Positions 63,260 through 64,000 of a stretch of 64,000 nt of DNA are shown here, in pieces (position 1 is the stretch's first letter; the number at the start of each line of letters is the position of its first letter). A program made the position numbers and the translations under genes. The DNA is from Thermoguttaceae bacterium. Lineage in GTDB: Bacteria; Planctomycetota; Planctomycetia; Pirellulales; Thermoguttaceae. Under the pieces are notes generated by a model. That model did not search any database. It worked only from the letters and a program-made list of their open reading frames with translations, and was not told the DNA's origin. Location of the stretch: positions 10,945 to 74,944 of the forward strand of contig JAZMZV010000246.1 in the NCBI GenBank assembly GCA_045586185.1, given 5' to 3'.

Positions 63260-63288
63260 ATTCACCACACTGCCACAAGGAGAGAAAC

Positions 63289-64000
63289 ATGCGTTGTACA
63301 TTAATGAATATAGCCGCCTTTTTGGCTATGACCCTGTTCATGACGTCCTGCTTTGCTGACGACGCCCCTGCCCTGACCGACGACGCGCCTGCTGTTGAAA
63401 ACACAGAACAGACTGCGGATGCCGAGGCTCCAACACCCGTTGAAGATCCAATGCCCGCTGAAGAAACAGAAGCGGAAGAGAGCGTCGAAGAAGCTGTTGC
63501 AGAGGAAAGCGTCGAATCTGAAACGTATCCCGTCCCGGAAAACGGAACTCCGGCAGAATATCTGGCGTTTATCGGAAAACTCATGCTCATTGAACGTCCG
63601 CACGACCAGTCGCGGGAAGAAATGATCGCTCATTACACCGAACTGTGCAACGCTCAAGTCGCGGCGGCTGATAAAGTCATTGAACATAAAGACGCAACGC
63701 CAGAACAGATTCAGCGCGCTGTCGCCGTCAAAATCAAGAGTCTGCAGATTCTCATCAAGGCGGGAAACAAAGACGCAAAAGTTCAGCTGTACTCCATGCC
63801 CGGTCAGCTCGAAAAAGTCGGACAATCCCAAATTGCAGACGAAATTATCATGGGATTGATTACTTTGACGTTCCAGGACGCCAAAGCGACAAACAATTTT
63901 TCTGAAATCGAAAAGATTATCGAGCAAACAACTCAAACCATTAAAAAGACGCCTGCTGAAAACAAAGAAAAACTGCAGCGTCTGTACCTGATTAAACTTA
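63289..64000 (+). CDS. exported hypothetical protein, 5' partial (runs off the window)
   Basis: AAGGAGAG lies 4 nt upstream of ATG 63289. My translation: MRCTLMNIAAFLAMTLFMTSCFA (signal peptide), then an acidic linker and a helical region. It stays open to position 64000. Not in the ORF track because no stop is reached. Confidence 0.6.
   Translation, partial: MRCTLMNIAAFLAMTLFMTSCFADDAPALTDDAPAVENTEQTADAEAPTPVEDPMPAEETEAEESVEEAVAEESVESETYPVPENGTPAEYLAFIGKLMLIERPHDQSREEMIAHYTELCNAQVAAADKVIEHKDATPEQIQRAVAVKIKSLQILIKAGNKDAKVQLYSMPGQLEKVGQSQIADEIIMGLITLTFQDAKATNNFSEIEKIIEQTTQTIKKTPAENKEKLQRLYLIKL

Overview
This is a 64-kb chromosomal segment, roughly 50% GC by eye with AT-rich spacers. It carries about 40 protein-coding genes. 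I recognised no rRNA, tRNA, CRISPR array or transposase. Housekeeping genes present are rng, aroC, rplU, gyrB, pyrE, lpxD, aspS, a PcrA/UvrD-like helicase, umuC, an alpha-glucan phosphorylase and an HpnC-like squalene synthase. Many other products are exported proteins: a ~1340-aa FGE-domain/CXXCH protein, Tat-exported FAD and Gfo/Idh/MocA oxidoreductases, a glycan-degradation cluster (45.2-53.8 kb), an M16 peptidase, two tandem metzincin paralogues, two paralogous exported ankyrin proteins and two DUF900-like hydrolases. This profile, together with weak Shine-Dalgarno usage, suggests a PVC-superphylum (Planctomycetota-like) genome; that is inference only. Two things stand out. (1) Nearly every intergenic spacer holds tandem heptanucleotide arrays of the GGCAGTA, GGGAATA, GCGAGTT/CTCGCAA, GGTTAGT, GCTAATT and GCTAGYA families. 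They are usually organised as a G-rich 5' arm, a short GC-rich centre (often a small hairpin) and a C-rich 3' arm, and several longer dispersed elements are built from them. They supply stop codons, sit in mRNA leaders and cause ORF-caller start artefacts. (2) A Spo11/Topo VI subunit A homologue (35454-36623) is followed by a 1389-aa protein without recognisable motifs rather than by a GHKL-ATPase B subunit. This pair lies next to a 0.8-kb AT-rich non-coding island and a histone-H1-like K/A-rich protein gene. All calls come from manual reading of the ORF track and the sequence. No searches were run, and hand-counted motif coordinates may be off by 1-2 nt.
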